Shown here: one piece after another, positions 18,722-29,205 of the stretch
Layout of the letters: every line of letters starts with the position of its first letter
How positions within the stretch are numbered: position 1 is the stretch's first letter
NCBI GenBank assembly: GCA_024233865.1
Contig: JACKPA010000012.1
Location: forward strand, 128,001-192,000
DNA length: 64,000 nt
Direction of reading: 5' to 3'
DNA from: Leptospiraceae bacterium
GTDB lineage: Bacteria > Spirochaetota > Leptospiria > Leptospirales > Leptospiraceae
The notes under the pieces: model-generated
Seen by the model: the letters and a program-made list of their open reading frames with translations, nothing else
Told to the model about the DNA's origin: nothing
The model's database searches: none
Position numbers and translations under genes: made by a program

Positions 18722-19639
18722 ATGAATCAATTAACCTATCGTTTAACCTCTGCTTTCCCTTTTTTGCTAATTTTTGCGTCTCTGCTTTCTTTATTTTATC
18801 CTGGTTTGTTTACTTGGTTTCGTGGAACGTCTATTACAATTGGTTTAGGAATCATTATGCTTGGAATGGGAATTACTCTAAAACTAGAAGATTTTAAAAG
18901 AATCTATTTGTATCCATCCAATGTCCTTCTGGGAATTGGATTGCAATACACCGCAATGCCAATAAGCGGTTGGACAATTGCCCATATTTTTAATTTACCT
19001 CCGGAATTTGCTACCGGTATTATATTGGTTTCTTGTTGTCCCGGAGGAACTGCTTCCAATGTTATCACCTACATAGCCAAAGCTGATGTTGCGTTGTCCG
19101 TTACCATGACTTCTTTTTCCACAATATTTGCCGTTGTGCTTACTCCCATTCTTACCTCTTTTTTGGCTGATAGCACGATTGCGGTGAATGGGTGGGGTTT
19201 GTTCTATAGTACTCTGAATGTTGTAATTGTTCCGATAGTTTGTGGAGTTTTGCTAAATCAATTTTTTCCAAAAGTCACTACCTTTTTGATGCCTGCTTCA
19301 CCTGCTGTAGCGGTTTTTATGATAGTTCTGATTGTAGCGTCTATTATAGGAAGTTCCAGCGCTATCATATTGGAGCATGGATTGCAATTGATCGCTGCCG
19401 TTATGAGCCTCCATGTTTCCGGTTTTTTCTTGGGTTACGTGATTAGCAAAATGGTAATCAAAGACAAAATTGTATCTAGAACCATTTCTATCGAAGTAGG
19501 GATGCAAAATTCCGGTTTGGGAGTTGTCCTTGCCAAAGAGAATTTTACAAGTCCTATGGTTGCTGTTCCTTCCGCTATTTCCAGTTTGTTCCATTCTATA
19601 ATTGGTAGCATACTTTCCGGTATATGGCGAAGAAACTAA
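18722..19639 (+). CDS. Bile acid:sodium symporter (BASS) family transporter
   Basis: 305 aa, ~9 TM helices; segments around LVSCCPGGTASNVITY and SIEVGMQNSGLGVVLA match SBF-family conserved regions. Confidence 0.75.
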   Translation: MNQLTYRLTSAFPFLLIFASLLSLFYPGLFTWFRGTSITIGLGIIMLGMGITLKLEDFKRIYLYPSNVLLGIGLQYTAMPISGWTIAHIFNLPPEFATGIILVSCCPGGTASNVITYIAKADVALSVTMTSFSTIFAVVLTPILTSFLADSTIAVNGWGLFYSTLNVVIVPIVCGVLLNQFFPKVTTFLMPASPAVAVFMIVLIVASIIGSSSAIILEHGLQLIAAVMSLHVSGFFLGYVISKMVIKDKIVSRTISIEVGMQNSGLGVVLAKENFTSPMVAVPSAISSLFHSIIGSILSGIWRRN

Positions 19640-19897
19640 AATTTATGCTTTACTACTTAACGTCATATACCTTAAACCACCTCCAAGGTATACTCGCATT
19701 TTGAACAAATAATTGTAGCCTTGAGCACGCGGGAGAATCTTTATTTAAAGTGCAGTTTGTTTCTATTTCGTTTGAAATTACCGAAAGCTTTTTCGTGGGC
19801 TATTTTCGGGAGAGAACTCTAATGATATTTTTTTGCCGAGTTATTCCACAAAATATCGTTTACAATTCCATTTAATTAATTCTTCTTGTAAGTAAGT

Positions 19898-20671
19898 ATG
19901 AATAAGTCTCAAGATGTTCAAATTATGAAAGGAGCAGAATCCGAATTTAAATATTCTCAGGATCAAATTGGAATTTTGTTACTTCATGGTTTCTTGGGAA
20001 ATCCAGCAGAAATGAAATATGTTGGTGAAAAATTATTTGAGATAGGTTATACTATATCCATACCTCGATATCCAGGACATGGTACATCTCTTAAAGAAAT
20101 GATAAAAACTTCGACATCGGATTGGGTGATTTTTGCAAGAGAGTCTTTAATCGAATTACAGTCTAAATGTAAAATAGTTTATATTGTTGGGTTGTCTATG
20201 GGAGGGTTAATAACATTATTATTGGCAAAAGAATTTAATATAAAAAAAATTGTTCTAATGTCAGTTCCGACTGCAATTCCTAGCAAAATAATATATTTTG
20301 TTCCTTTTCTCAGTAGATTTATTAAGATATTACCTAAACCCAAATCGAATAAGGGGATTAACTCACCAGAAGCACGAGATAAACACGTTTGTTATGATGA
20401 TGGACTACCTGTAAGACAGACTTGGGAACTCCATTGTTTAATAAAAAAGACAATAAAAAGTTTATCAGAAGTTTATTCCGAGACTTTGATTATGCAGTCT
20501 ACTGGTGATGAGGTGATTCCGAAAAACTCAGCTGACCTACTATATTCAAATTTAGGAAGTAAAAAAAAACAGATTATTTGGTTTCAGAAAAGTAATCATG
20601 TAATATCTGTAGATTATGATAAAGACCAAGTAGCGAAAGAAATAATAGATTTTTTTGGTATGAATAGTTGA
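19898..20671 (+). CDS. Alpha/beta-hydrolase fold esterase
   Basis: LLLHGFLGNP (oxyanion region) and GLSMGG (GxSxG nucleophile elbow). Confidence 0.7.
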   Translation: MNKSQDVQIMKGAESEFKYSQDQIGILLLHGFLGNPAEMKYVGEKLFEIGYTISIPRYPGHGTSLKEMIKTSTSDWVIFARESLIELQSKCKIVYIVGLSMGGLITLLLAKEFNIKKIVLMSVPTAIPSKIIYFVPFLSRFIKILPKPKSNKGINSPEARDKHVCYDDGLPVRQTWELHCLIKKTIKSLSEVYSETLIMQSTGDEVIPKNSADLLYSNLGSKKKQIIWFQKSNHVISVDYDKDQVAKEIIDFFGMNS

Positions 20672-20854
20672 TAAAACTTATTCCAATACGGATTTATAAG
20701 TATTGAGAAATCATCATTTTTTAATTTATGGATCACTATAACATAATTACCGATTTTTTATTCTTGACACTTTTCCTACCTGATTTTTACTGACATTGTT
20801 GATAATGATTCTCAATATCAAAATTTTAGAATGATTATAAAAAGTAATACGTGT

Positions 20855-22369
20855 ATGAAAGTAAAATACTATCTTATCTATTTTCTTGCGTTATCTATTT
20901 CTTTGTATTCACAGAAAAAGGAAGAAAAGAAAAAAGATGTCTCTAAAAAATGGGACGATAAGAGCGAGGTTTTAAGATGGAAAAAAAAATATAAACTAAA
21001 TAATTATTTGATAATTGGAAGTTTTGTTCTTTTGCCTTTTTCCATACATGCTTTCCATGGATTGTTTTTACCAGCTTATGGATCAAGGCAAGCCGGTATG
21101 GGCGGAGCTTTTCAAGCGGTAGGAGGTTCTGTTATGGATTTGGAATCAAATCCGTCTCACCTCAGTACGTTATCCAATCAGATTTTCGAGTTTGGAGGAG
21201 CAATCAACAAAGCAAAGATTTCCTATGAGGATAACTTTTTGGATTTAAACAATACGGAAAGACTGTATTCGAATCAGGCAGATATAGCTCCTATAGCTCC
21301 ATTGCCATACATAGGTTTTGCCACTCCCTTATCCAAAAAGATCGGGTTCGGATTTGCATTGTATGCACAAGGGGGAGGTGGTGGGGAATTTAAAGGTTTA
21401 CTCAGAAATGTTCCGAATGGAAAGACTTTGGATGAATATTTTGGATTTCCTGTTCCTGGAGGTAAATCATACAGAATCAAAGAAGACGTAGTGTTTCGAC
21501 TTATGAATTTAAAAGCAACACCGGGAATGGGAATAGATTTTGGTCCTTGGGGAATAGGTATCGGCTTGGATTTTGTTTATAGTCAAATGGAAATTCAGCG
21601 TCATAACAAAGATTTGACTGATGCCTATATTGTTCCTGGAGGTTTTTCTTATCGAAGTGATCCGTCTTACGGTTTTGGCGGAAAGCTGGGAGTGTTTTTT
21701 AAACTTTCTACAAATTGGAAACTCGCTTACTCTTTTACAACAAGAAACACAATGAATTTCAATGGGGATATTCGTGTTGATTCTTTAGACCCAATCCGAT
21801 ACAACTTTATAGAAGTTTCTCGAACCATGCAATGGCCGGAAAGGCATAGTTTTGGAATATCCTATCATAAAAATTCATTTATCTTTGCTTTAGATATTAG
21901 ATATATACCTTGGAGCCAAACGTTTAGAAGTAATAAATTTACGTTAGAATATCCGTTTATCCAAACACCATTTGGGAATGACGTTAATACAATCTTATTT
22001 CGTATGAACTGGCGAGATCAAAACATTTTTGCTTTGGGAATTGAATACGTCTTAGGGAGGTTTATTTTAAGGACAGGCTATAATTACGGAAGAACACCCC
22101 TCACTTCTTTTGGTTCTAATCCGATGTTGGGAAGCTCTATGGAGCACCACGCATCTATAGGAATGGGCTATATCTTTCAAAAAATAGCTTTTAATTTTGC
22201 TTTGGAGAAGGGTTTTCCAAAAAAAATAATTGGTTCTAATTTGGGAGATTGGTCAATCGGTCATGCGATATTTTATAGGGATGGTATTTGGCTTTATAGC
22301 TTTAGCCACTCAAAAACAACTGAAGTGACAACATTATATTTTGGTATTTCAATAAATTGGGAGAAATAA
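20855..22369 (+). CDS. Outer-membrane transport protein of the OmpP1/FadL/TodX family
   Basis: Signal peptide, then the N-terminal hatch motif PAYGSRQAGMGGAF characteristic of FadL-like barrels; length fits a 14-strand barrel. Confidence 0.6.
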   Translation: MKVKYYLIYFLALSISLYSQKKEEKKKDVSKKWDDKSEVLRWKKKYKLNNYLIIGSFVLLPFSIHAFHGLFLPAYGSRQAGMGGAFQAVGGSVMDLESNPSHLSTLSNQIFEFGGAINKAKISYEDNFLDLNNTERLYSNQADIAPIAPLPYIGFATPLSKKIGFGFALYAQGGGGGEFKGLLRNVPNGKTLDEYFGFPVPGGKSYRIKEDVVFRLMNLKATPGMGIDFGPWGIGIGLDFVYSQMEIQRHNKDLTDAYIVPGGFSYRSDPSYGFGGKLGVFFKLSTNWKLAYSFTTRNTMNFNGDIRVDSLDPIRYNFIEVSRTMQWPERHSFGISYHKNSFIFALDIRYIPWSQTFRSNKFTLEYPFIQTPFGNDVNTILFRMNWRDQNIFALGIEYVLGRFILRTGYNYGRTPLTSFGSNPMLGSSMEHHASIGMGYIFQKIAFNFALEKGFPKKIIGSNLGDWSIGHAIFYRDGIWLYSFSHSKTTEVTTLYFGISINWEK

Positions 22370-22371
22370 AA

Positions 22372-22845
22372 ATGAAAAATAAAATTACATTAACTGTTAG
22401 CATAGTTTCTATCCTTTTGTGGATTGGTTCCATAAGCGTTTTTTTGTATTACTTTTTAAAGGGAAAAACAATTGAGTCCGATGACAAAAGAACTGCTGTT
22501 GTTTTGAATAATAGTGAAAAAGACTTAGTGCTTAGAGAAATGAGAACTTTATTGCTATCTGTAAATGGAATTGTTAAGGGTCTGGGAGAAGAGAACTATC
22601 CGCAAGCAGAAGAATGGGCAAAAAAGGCAGGTATGGGATTGGTTTACAGTATCGAAGTACAAGAAAGAACCATCATAGCTAAGCTACCTATCGAAATGAA
22701 AGAATTAGGACTATCCACTCATAGAGATTTTGATCATTTGGCAGGCACCATAGCTCAAAAACAACCTATTCCTGTAATCTTAAAAGAACTTGGTCAGCTC
22801 ACAAGTAAGTGTATTGTTTGCCATAACATGTACAAAGTGAAATGA
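22372..22845 (+). CDS. Putative c-type cytochrome-like protein (single CxxCH) with an N-terminal TM anchor
   Basis: KCIVCHNMYK near the C-terminus; RBS gggag upstream of the ATG at 22372. Confidence 0.4.
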   Translation: MKNKITLTVSIVSILLWIGSISVFLYYFLKGKTIESDDKRTAVVLNNSEKDLVLREMRTLLLSVNGIVKGLGEENYPQAEEWAKKAGMGLVYSIEVQERTIIAKLPIEMKELGLSTHRDFDHLAGTIAQKQPIPVILKELGQLTSKCIVCHNMYKVK

Positions 22846-22846
22846 A

Positions 22847-23122
22847 ATGATAAATGCTATATTGATTTTTTGTCTTGCTTTTTGTTCTCAGACATCATCA
22901 ATATATCCTTATTTAAAAGAGGAAATATTTAAAATTCAAAAAGATAGTAATCGAACTCAGGTTGATAAAAATCTAAATGATCTTTCCGAGATTGCTGCTT
23001 CTCTTTCGGATGACCAAAGAGAAGAAATTTTAAGTATATTGCAAGATAAAATATCCCTTTTTCCTTACTTGCTATTTTTTCGGGACGGAAAATTGGTAAA
23101 TAAAAGTAAGGTTAGTTATTAA
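22847..23122 (+). CDS. Small secreted hypothetical protein
   Basis: 91 aa, signal-peptide-like N-terminus, starts 2 nt after the previous stop. Confidence 0.3.
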   Translation: MINAILIFCLAFCSQTSSIYPYLKEEIFKIQKDSNRTQVDKNLNDLSEIAASLSDDQREEILSILQDKISLFPYLLFFRDGKLVNKSKVSY

Positions 23123-23270
23123 GATATTACCTAAACGGATTTATAAGTATTGAGAATTTATCATTTTTTTTAAAACAATTGACAATTTTTTTATTCAAGA
23201 AAAATCTTGAAAAGTGGGGAGTTTGATTTTCAAAGACTTTCTTTAGCATTTGATAGGCGAGGAGCAACTT

Positions 23271-23882
23271 ATGGCTTATGGTAGTTTCAAAACATTGGAA
23301 GAAGTTCTACTTAAATTCGGTATTGAGAGTAAAACTGAAAAATTCCTAAATGAAACGAGTATAGAGATCGCTCAAGCAATATTTGATTTTATTATGGAAA
23401 AATTCTCTAACCGTAGAAATTTTCTTAGCGAGAATTCTATTTGTGAGACTATGATTTCCCCTATCTTGCATGTTGTAACAGAAAAGCATGGATTGCCTCT
23501 TTGGTCTCATGTTCGTTTTGAAGTTTCCGAACAAGAAGGTTTAACCGGTATTCCGGATTTTTTAATAGCTCCGGCATCAAAAATTGAAACAATCTTTACA
23601 ACTCCTGTTGTTTGCATAACTGAAGTTAAAAAAGAGAATTTTGATGAAGGTTGGACGCAAGGCTTATGTGAAATGATAGCGGCTCAACGTTTTAATGGTG
23701 AACCTCAAAAAATTATTTATGGTATTGCAACCTCTGGTAGTATCTGGCAATTTGCTAAACTCGTTGGTAAAAAGTTCATTCTTGATCCACGGATTTATTC
23801 GGCAACTGTCAATCTGCAACAGGTTCTAAATGTGATTAACTGGCTTCTTGGAGAGGCAAAAAAAGAATTACCCGAAAATTAG
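23271..23882 (+). CDS. PD-(D/E)xK nuclease-fold protein resembling the HsdR N-terminal domain (HSDR_N-like); paralog family member
   Basis: GIPDFLIAP...VCITEVKKENFDEGWTQGLCEMIAAQ...GIATSGSIWQF matches the D-x(n)-E-x-K ... Q...Y/M ... TNG..W.F pattern of standalone HsdR-N proteins. Four paralogs lie at 36.9-40.2 kb. Confidence 0.5.
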   Translation: MAYGSFKTLEEVLLKFGIESKTEKFLNETSIEIAQAIFDFIMEKFSNRRNFLSENSICETMISPILHVVTEKHGLPLWSHVRFEVSEQEGLTGIPDFLIAPASKIETIFTTPVVCITEVKKENFDEGWTQGLCEMIAAQRFNGEPQKIIYGIATSGSIWQFAKLVGKKFILDPRIYSATVNLQQVLNVINWLLGEAKKELPEN

Positions 23883-24099
23883 ATATTATTGAAGTTATTA
23901 TGATAAGCGATAGAGCTGACCACACCGAAATTATAGAAGAATTATCAAAAAATTCCATTCCACGCTGGATGGTATGCCGAGTTTTTTCTGTTGCCAGAGT
24001 CTTTCGTCCGGAGGAAAAGGTCATTCTACAAGTTCTGTGCCTTAAACCGACAGATTCTTGTGAGATACAAATCTATCAGGGTTATGACAACTTAGTCTA

Positions 24100-25035
24100 A
24101 TGGCTACCGTATTAAAAATACAAAATTTAAAAAAAACATTCGGTGACCTTACTGCGGTTGATAGTATAAATCTTGAGATATTTTCAGGAGAACTCTTCGG
24201 ATTACTGGGACCGAACGGAGCAGGAAAAAGCACTCTCATTTCAATGATAGCCGGAAATTTGAAAAGTGATAGCGGGAAAATTTACTTTCACGGAAAAGAA
24301 GTTGCAGCGGAAGATAAAAAAACAAGGGAGCGTGTAGGAGTCTGTCCGCAGAACCTTATTTACTGGAAACTTCTTACATGCAAGGAGCAATTAGTTTTTA
24401 TAGGAAACTTATATGGACTTGATAAAAAAACAGCAGAAAAACGGTCTCTTGAACTTCTTGAAAAATTAGGACTTGATTCTAAAAAAAATGAAATAGCTTC
24501 CAATCTTTCCGGTGGGATGCTGAGGAGGCTGAATATGCTATTAGCTCTTGTTCATGACCCGGAAATATTAATTCTGGACGAACCTGAAGCGGGACTGGAT
24601 CCTCAGAGCAGGGTTTTAGTGCGGGATTTTATTAAATCCCTGGCAAGGAAAAAAACTGTTATTTTTACTACTCATAATATGGATGAGGCGGACAGGATCT
24701 GTGACCGGGTTGCAATTATTGATAGGGGAACTCTTATAGCGGAAGGAACTCCCGAACAACTGAAAACCAGATACGGAAAAGGAGAGGTTTTAGAATTGGA
24801 AGTTCAGTCAGAAATCAATGAGATAAAACTGGAAGAACAGTTTAATAGTTCTAATTTGAATATTACTATTACAAAAGGCAAAATCTATATTTCAGGAAAA
24901 AATATTAAAGAGAAATTATCGGAAATCTTAAATACAATTTCCGATGCGGGAATTCATCCTTCAGAATTGAAGATAAGGCAGGATACCCTTGAAGATATAT
25001 TTATAAGTTTAACGGGAAGGAGTCTCCGAGAATGA
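24100..25035 (+). CDS. ABC transporter ATP-binding protein
   Basis: GLLGPNGAGKST (Walker A), LSGGMLRRL (signature), ILILDEPEAGLD (Walker B). Confidence 0.85.
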   Translation: MATVLKIQNLKKTFGDLTAVDSINLEIFSGELFGLLGPNGAGKSTLISMIAGNLKSDSGKIYFHGKEVAAEDKKTRERVGVCPQNLIYWKLLTCKEQLVFIGNLYGLDKKTAEKRSLELLEKLGLDSKKNEIASNLSGGMLRRLNMLLALVHDPEILILDEPEAGLDPQSRVLVRDFIKSLARKKTVIFTTHNMDEADRICDRVAIIDRGTLIAEGTPEQLKTRYGKGEVLELEVQSEINEIKLEEQFNSSNLNITITKGKIYISGKNIKEKLSEILNTISDAGIHPSELKIRQDTLEDIFISLTGRSLRE

Positions 25036-26177
25036 AAATCTGGATACTTTTTAAAAAGAATATCATAGAACAATTCAGAGACTTCCTGCCTTTGCTGATA
25101 ACCCTAATAGCATCCCCCTTTTTTGTTTTTTTATACTGGATGATGTTTTCCGGAGGATTAAATTCCGTAAATATCGGGATTTTGAATTCAGATAAAGGAT
25201 ACGGAGATAAATCATACGGCAAAGAATGGATTCTAAATTTAAAGAGTCTTAAAAAAAATGATTTTCTCGTTTTTCATATTACTGATATAAGTGATAGGGA
25301 CGAAATGGAGGGACTTCTTAGGGAAAAGAAAATCCACGCAGGGTTTGTTCTGCCGAAAGATTTTTCCGAAATCCTTGTAAAGAGTAAAAACGGGAAGAAT
25401 GAAAAAACTATACAAGCAGAAATGACGGGGGATATGACAAATCCGCTGTACCTTGTCGGTGTGACCCTTGTAATTCTCGAATTGGAGTCTTATGCTTATA
25501 AAATCACGAATGTGAGAAAATTTATTCAATACAATGAAACATTTTCGGGAAGTTCGGGGACTAAAAATGATTTTGAAATGTCTGTTCCCGGCCTCATCGT
25601 TTTTTCGATTATTATGCTTTTATTTACTGCTACTATCGCTTTTATCAGGGAGATAGAAGATAGGACAATTTTGAGGATTCAGTTATCGTCTATATCCGTA
25701 ATCGAGTATTTTATAGGGATAGGGTTAGCTCAGTTTTTATTCGGAACCCTTTCTGTGAGTCTTGCTCTCGGAACCGCTTATCTTTTCGGCTTTAAAATGC
25801 AGATCGCAAACCTTGCTATCTTTGTTCCCATCATTTTATGTATCCTCTCCATATTAGGAACAAGTCTTATAGTAGCGAGTTTCTGCAGAACGGGAAAAGA
25901 TGTGCTTACCATAGGCAATATTCCGCTATTTATCTTGATGTGGTTTTCCGGTTCTATGTATCCCTTTCCGAGAAATGAATTATTTAGATTGGGTTCTTTT
26001 CCTATTGCTTGGAATGATTTTCTGCCTCCGACTCATGCAGTGAATGCGATGAATAAAGTATTCAACTTCGGTGCGGATTTAAACGGTATAAGATTTGAAA
26101 TTTTTGCTCTTATTTTATTAAGTATAATTTACAGTAGTATAGGTATTTTACTTTTCAAAAATAGGCAGATGAAATAA
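25032..26177 (+). CDS. ABC-2 type transporter permease
   Basis: 4-nt overlap with the ATPase gene; six TM helices in the C-terminal half. Confidence 0.7.
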   Translation: MKIWILFKKNIIEQFRDFLPLLITLIASPFFVFLYWMMFSGGLNSVNIGILNSDKGYGDKSYGKEWILNLKSLKKNDFLVFHITDISDRDEMEGLLREKKIHAGFVLPKDFSEILVKSKNGKNEKTIQAEMTGDMTNPLYLVGVTLVILELESYAYKITNVRKFIQYNETFSGSSGTKNDFEMSVPGLIVFSIIMLLFTATIAFIREIEDRTILRIQLSSISVIEYFIGIGLAQFLFGTLSVSLALGTAYLFGFKMQIANLAIFVPIILCILSILGTSLIVASFCRTGKDVLTIGNIPLFILMWFSGSMYPFPRNELFRLGSFPIAWNDFLPPTHAVNAMNKVFNFGADLNGIRFEIFALILLSIIYSSIGILLFKNRQMK

Positions 26178-26196
26178 CAAAAAAAATACATTGAGG

Positions 26197-27045
26197 TTAG
26201 TACTTGCTTACCCATACGCCTACGTTAAGGCTAGAAGCCGGAGGTCCGACAAAAGAACCGGCTACGGGTGGTACGGATTCTGGCAATCTGGCTACTGCTA
26301 CAGCAATGTGATCCGTTCCTACAATTTTTCCTATTGTAGGATCAAAACCTTTCCACCCAGCTCCGGGTAGGTAAACCTCTGCCCAAGCATGAGTTGCACC
26401 AAAATCAGTTGTCTGGGGAACATGAAGATAACCGCTTACAAATCGAGAAGCAAAACCTAAACACCTAGCTGCTTCCATAAATAACATCGCGAAGTCTCGG
26501 CAGGAACCGGTACCATAAGAAAGTGTTTGCTTTGGAGTTTGTACACCAGGTTCTTCTCGTATCTGATACGACAGTGTTTGATGGATATAGGTGGCAATAC
26601 GCTGCAATAAGGAATAAGTCTGAATTTGCTCTCCCGGTTGCCATATATTTGCGATCCATCCGGTCAGTAAATTTCTGGTACTATGCTCCATTATCGCCAT
26701 ATAGGGTGAAAGCATAATCTTGTCATCAGGTAGGTAGGCAAACGGATAATTGATTGCGTAGTCGGCTAACAAAAAATCAAGTGGTTGCTCATTAAATTGC
26801 TGAATAACAGTTTCACTCTCTATTATAAGCTGATTAACCTGTAAATCAAAGGTTGCAGTGGCAACAGAGTTTCCCTCAACGTCTCGATGCCATAACAATG
26901 TAGCTGGTGGAGTGATATTTAAGGTTGAAAATTCGATACGCAGTTCATGGTCTTCTCTTGGACGAAGACGTAGGCTGTGTGGACCGAGGCTCACAAGACC
27001 GGTAAAATTATAATATGTACGATGAAGAATTTTGTAGCGTTGCAT
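26197..27045 (-). CDS. Transglutaminase-like superfamily protein
   Basis: GSCRDFAMLFMEAARCLGFASRFVSGY is the transglutaminase-core Cys region; the N-terminal domain is bact-TGase-N-like. Local GC is clearly higher than the surroundings. Confidence 0.65.
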   Translation of the reverse strand: MQRYKILHRTYYNFTGLVSLGPHSLRLRPREDHELRIEFSTLNITPPATLLWHRDVEGNSVATATFDLQVNQLIIESETVIQQFNEQPLDFLLADYAINYPFAYLPDDKIMLSPYMAIMEHSTRNLLTGWIANIWQPGEQIQTYSLLQRIATYIHQTLSYQIREEPGVQTPKQTLSYGTGSCRDFAMLFMEAARCLGFASRFVSGYLHVPQTTDFGATHAWAEVYLPGAGWKGFDPTIGKIVGTDHIAVAVARLPESVPPVAGSFVGPPASSLNVGVWVSKY

Positions 27046-27154
27046 AATTAATCCTGTTATAAATTTTATTGCTAGAATAGAAAGTTCAAGTCTTTTTTAT
27101 TCATTTTTTAAATAAAAGATAGACAGAGATAAACCTTTATCATATATAAAAACC

Positions 27155-28462
27155 ATGGTAGATAATTTACAGCAGCTTACAACTTCAGCTTTTTCCAGAT
27201 TTATGAAAATGGGGTCTATGGTCGGTCGAGTTGGTTTTTCTATGTTTGCGGAAAGAACTGCCAACCTATTTTTGAGCAAAGATTCAAGGGAAAGACGAAA
27301 TTTGGAATTTTGGATGAAAAATGGTGAGCGAATCTTGGATACACTTGGAAATCTCAAGGGTGGTGCCATGAAGATCGGGCAAATGTTATCTTTGCAAGAA
27401 GGGATTCTCCCACCTGAATTGCTAGAAATCATAAGACTTTTGCAAAAAAAGGCTCCTTCCCTCTCTTTTGGTTTGATGAAGGGTGTTATCGAAGCAGATT
27501 TACCTGGTTACAAAAACATATTTCATACGATAGAAGAAATACCCTACGCGTCTGCCTCTATCGGACAAGTGCATAAAGGTACTTTAAAAGACGGTAGGGT
27601 CGTTGCCATCAAAATCCAATATCCTGAAATAGACAGAATTATTCAGAGTGATCTAAAAAACCTAAAGGTGCTTTTTAAAATACTCCTTTCCAATTTTTTA
27701 AAAATGGATTTGGAAAAGATTTGGGAAGAAGTCAGTCATCAACTTGTTGATGAACTGGACTATCAAAAAGAACTGAAAAATCAAAAAGAATTTATTGATT
27801 ATTTTCAAAAGTATGATATTATAAAAATTCCCCAACCGATTGAATACGCTTCGAGCAAGCGAGTTTTTACCTCAGAGTTTCTGACAGGTTTGGATGTTCA
27901 TGATATCAAGGAACAAAAAATTACCCAAGAACTAAAAAATCTTTGGGGTGAAAATTTGTTTCGTCTGTTTTTGATTCAGTTGCTTGATTTCAAAATGATT
28001 CATTCCGATCCGAATATGGGAAACTATTCTTTTTTAGACGATGGAAAAGTGATTTTGTACGATTTTGGAAGTGTGAAGCGGATTCCGGTAGATTTAGGAA
28101 ATTCGCTTAGAAAATTGCTTCTTTCTATAAAGAAAAAGGATTTTAATTCCATTCCGACTCATCTAAAGGAAATAGGTATCTATCGTTCCAACGGGAATAA
28201 AATTAGCATGGAAACGGTATCATACGTACTAGACGTTTTCAGACCTATTTTTGCGAATGATAATTATCGTTTTGAACAAGGAAAAAACATAATCCAAAAA
28301 ATTGCAGATTTAAAAAGAGCGAACATTACCGAATCAATGGATTTGATGTTTCCGGCTGATATTATTTTTATAGATCGAACTGCAATTGGTTTGTTTGGAA
28401 ACTTAAACCAATTAAAGGCAACTGGAAATTGGGGAGAAATTGCGAAGGAGTATATACTTTGA
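27155..28462 (+). CDS. ABC1/UbiB-family atypical protein kinase
   Basis: ASASIGQVHKGTLKDGRVVAIKIQYP and IHSDPNMGNY (catalytic loop) fit the ABC1 family. Confidence 0.7.
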   Translation: MVDNLQQLTTSAFSRFMKMGSMVGRVGFSMFAERTANLFLSKDSRERRNLEFWMKNGERILDTLGNLKGGAMKIGQMLSLQEGILPPELLEIIRLLQKKAPSLSFGLMKGVIEADLPGYKNIFHTIEEIPYASASIGQVHKGTLKDGRVVAIKIQYPEIDRIIQSDLKNLKVLFKILLSNFLKMDLEKIWEEVSHQLVDELDYQKELKNQKEFIDYFQKYDIIKIPQPIEYASSKRVFTSEFLTGLDVHDIKEQKITQELKNLWGENLFRLFLIQLLDFKMIHSDPNMGNYSFLDDGKVILYDFGSVKRIPVDLGNSLRKLLLSIKKKDFNSIPTHLKEIGIYRSNGNKISMETVSYVLDVFRPIFANDNYRFEQGKNIIQKIADLKRANITESMDLMFPADIIFIDRTAIGLFGNLNQLKATGNWGEIAKEYIL

Positions 28463-28472
28463 TTAGGTTTCT

Positions 28473-28754
28473 TTATTGCAAAACTGAAAACCCCTCTTTT
28501 TCCGTATAACATCCATGTTCTCGGTAAACTCCGTCTTCATAAAAATAGATTTTCTGGGCATACCTTTTTTCCATACGGAGGCATTTCCAGCATACATCCA
28601 TCCGAATTGCCCATTCACATTCCTGAATCTGCAAAACCGGAAAAATTCTAAGCAAAGGCTTGGAAATCTGGACTTGATTTTTTCTCTCTTGCGAAAACAA
28701 AAGAGTAGAAAATAACTGTATTATTAATAGGATAAGTATACATTTTTGTTTCAT
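28473..28754 (-). CDS. Small secreted Cys-containing hypothetical protein
   Basis: 93 aa with a signal peptide; weak support. Confidence 0.25.
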   Translation of the reverse strand: MKQKCILILLIIQLFSTLLFSQERKNQVQISKPLLRIFPVLQIQECEWAIRMDVCWKCLRMEKRYAQKIYFYEDGVYREHGCYTEKEGFSVLQ

Positions 28755-28859
28755 TTGTTCATTTGGAGAATTTTTCTTACCAAAGGAAATTAGTCAAACG
28801 TAATGTAACTTTTTTATACTTTTTACGAATATCATTCCATGAGAACAGGAGAGAGTTAT

Positions 28860-29195
28860 ATGGAAAAATCATACTATAATCCAGAAGATTTAAAAAAATT
28901 TCCAAAAATTGCTGATTTTCAACCCCAACTGGCAAAAAAATTTTTTGATTATTATGGAGATGTTTTTCAAGATGGTGCTTTATCTGCAAAAGAAAAATCT
29001 TTAATTGCACTTGCGGTTGCTCATGCAATTCAATGTCCTTATTGTATTGATGCCTATACAACCGATTCTTTGGAAAAAGGAGTTAGCGAGGAAGAAATGA
29101 TGGAAGCAGTCCATGTAACGGCAGCCATTCGAGGCGGTGCAAGTCTTGTACATAGTGTCCAGATGATGAACAAAGTTAAAGAATTATCCATGTAA
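28860..29195 (+). CDS. AhpD-like (carboxymuconolactone decarboxylase family) peroxidase-like protein, of the kind paired with ArsS
   Basis: LIALAVAHAIQCPYCIDAYT is the AhpD-core Cx2C...H region. RBS aggagag upstream. 10 nt upstream of the radical-SAM gene. Confidence 0.55.
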   Translation: MEKSYYNPEDLKKFPKIADFQPQLAKKFFDYYGDVFQDGALSAKEKSLIALAVAHAIQCPYCIDAYTTDSLEKGVSEEEMMEAVHVTAAIRGGASLVHSVQMMNKVKELSM

Positions 29196-29205
29196 AGGGA
29201 GCAGT

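Noticed and set aside
26465-26717. Overlapping 64-aa ORFs on both strands
   Set aside because: They lie inside the transglutaminase-like gene; the higher GC lowers stop-codon frequency and produces spurious frames.
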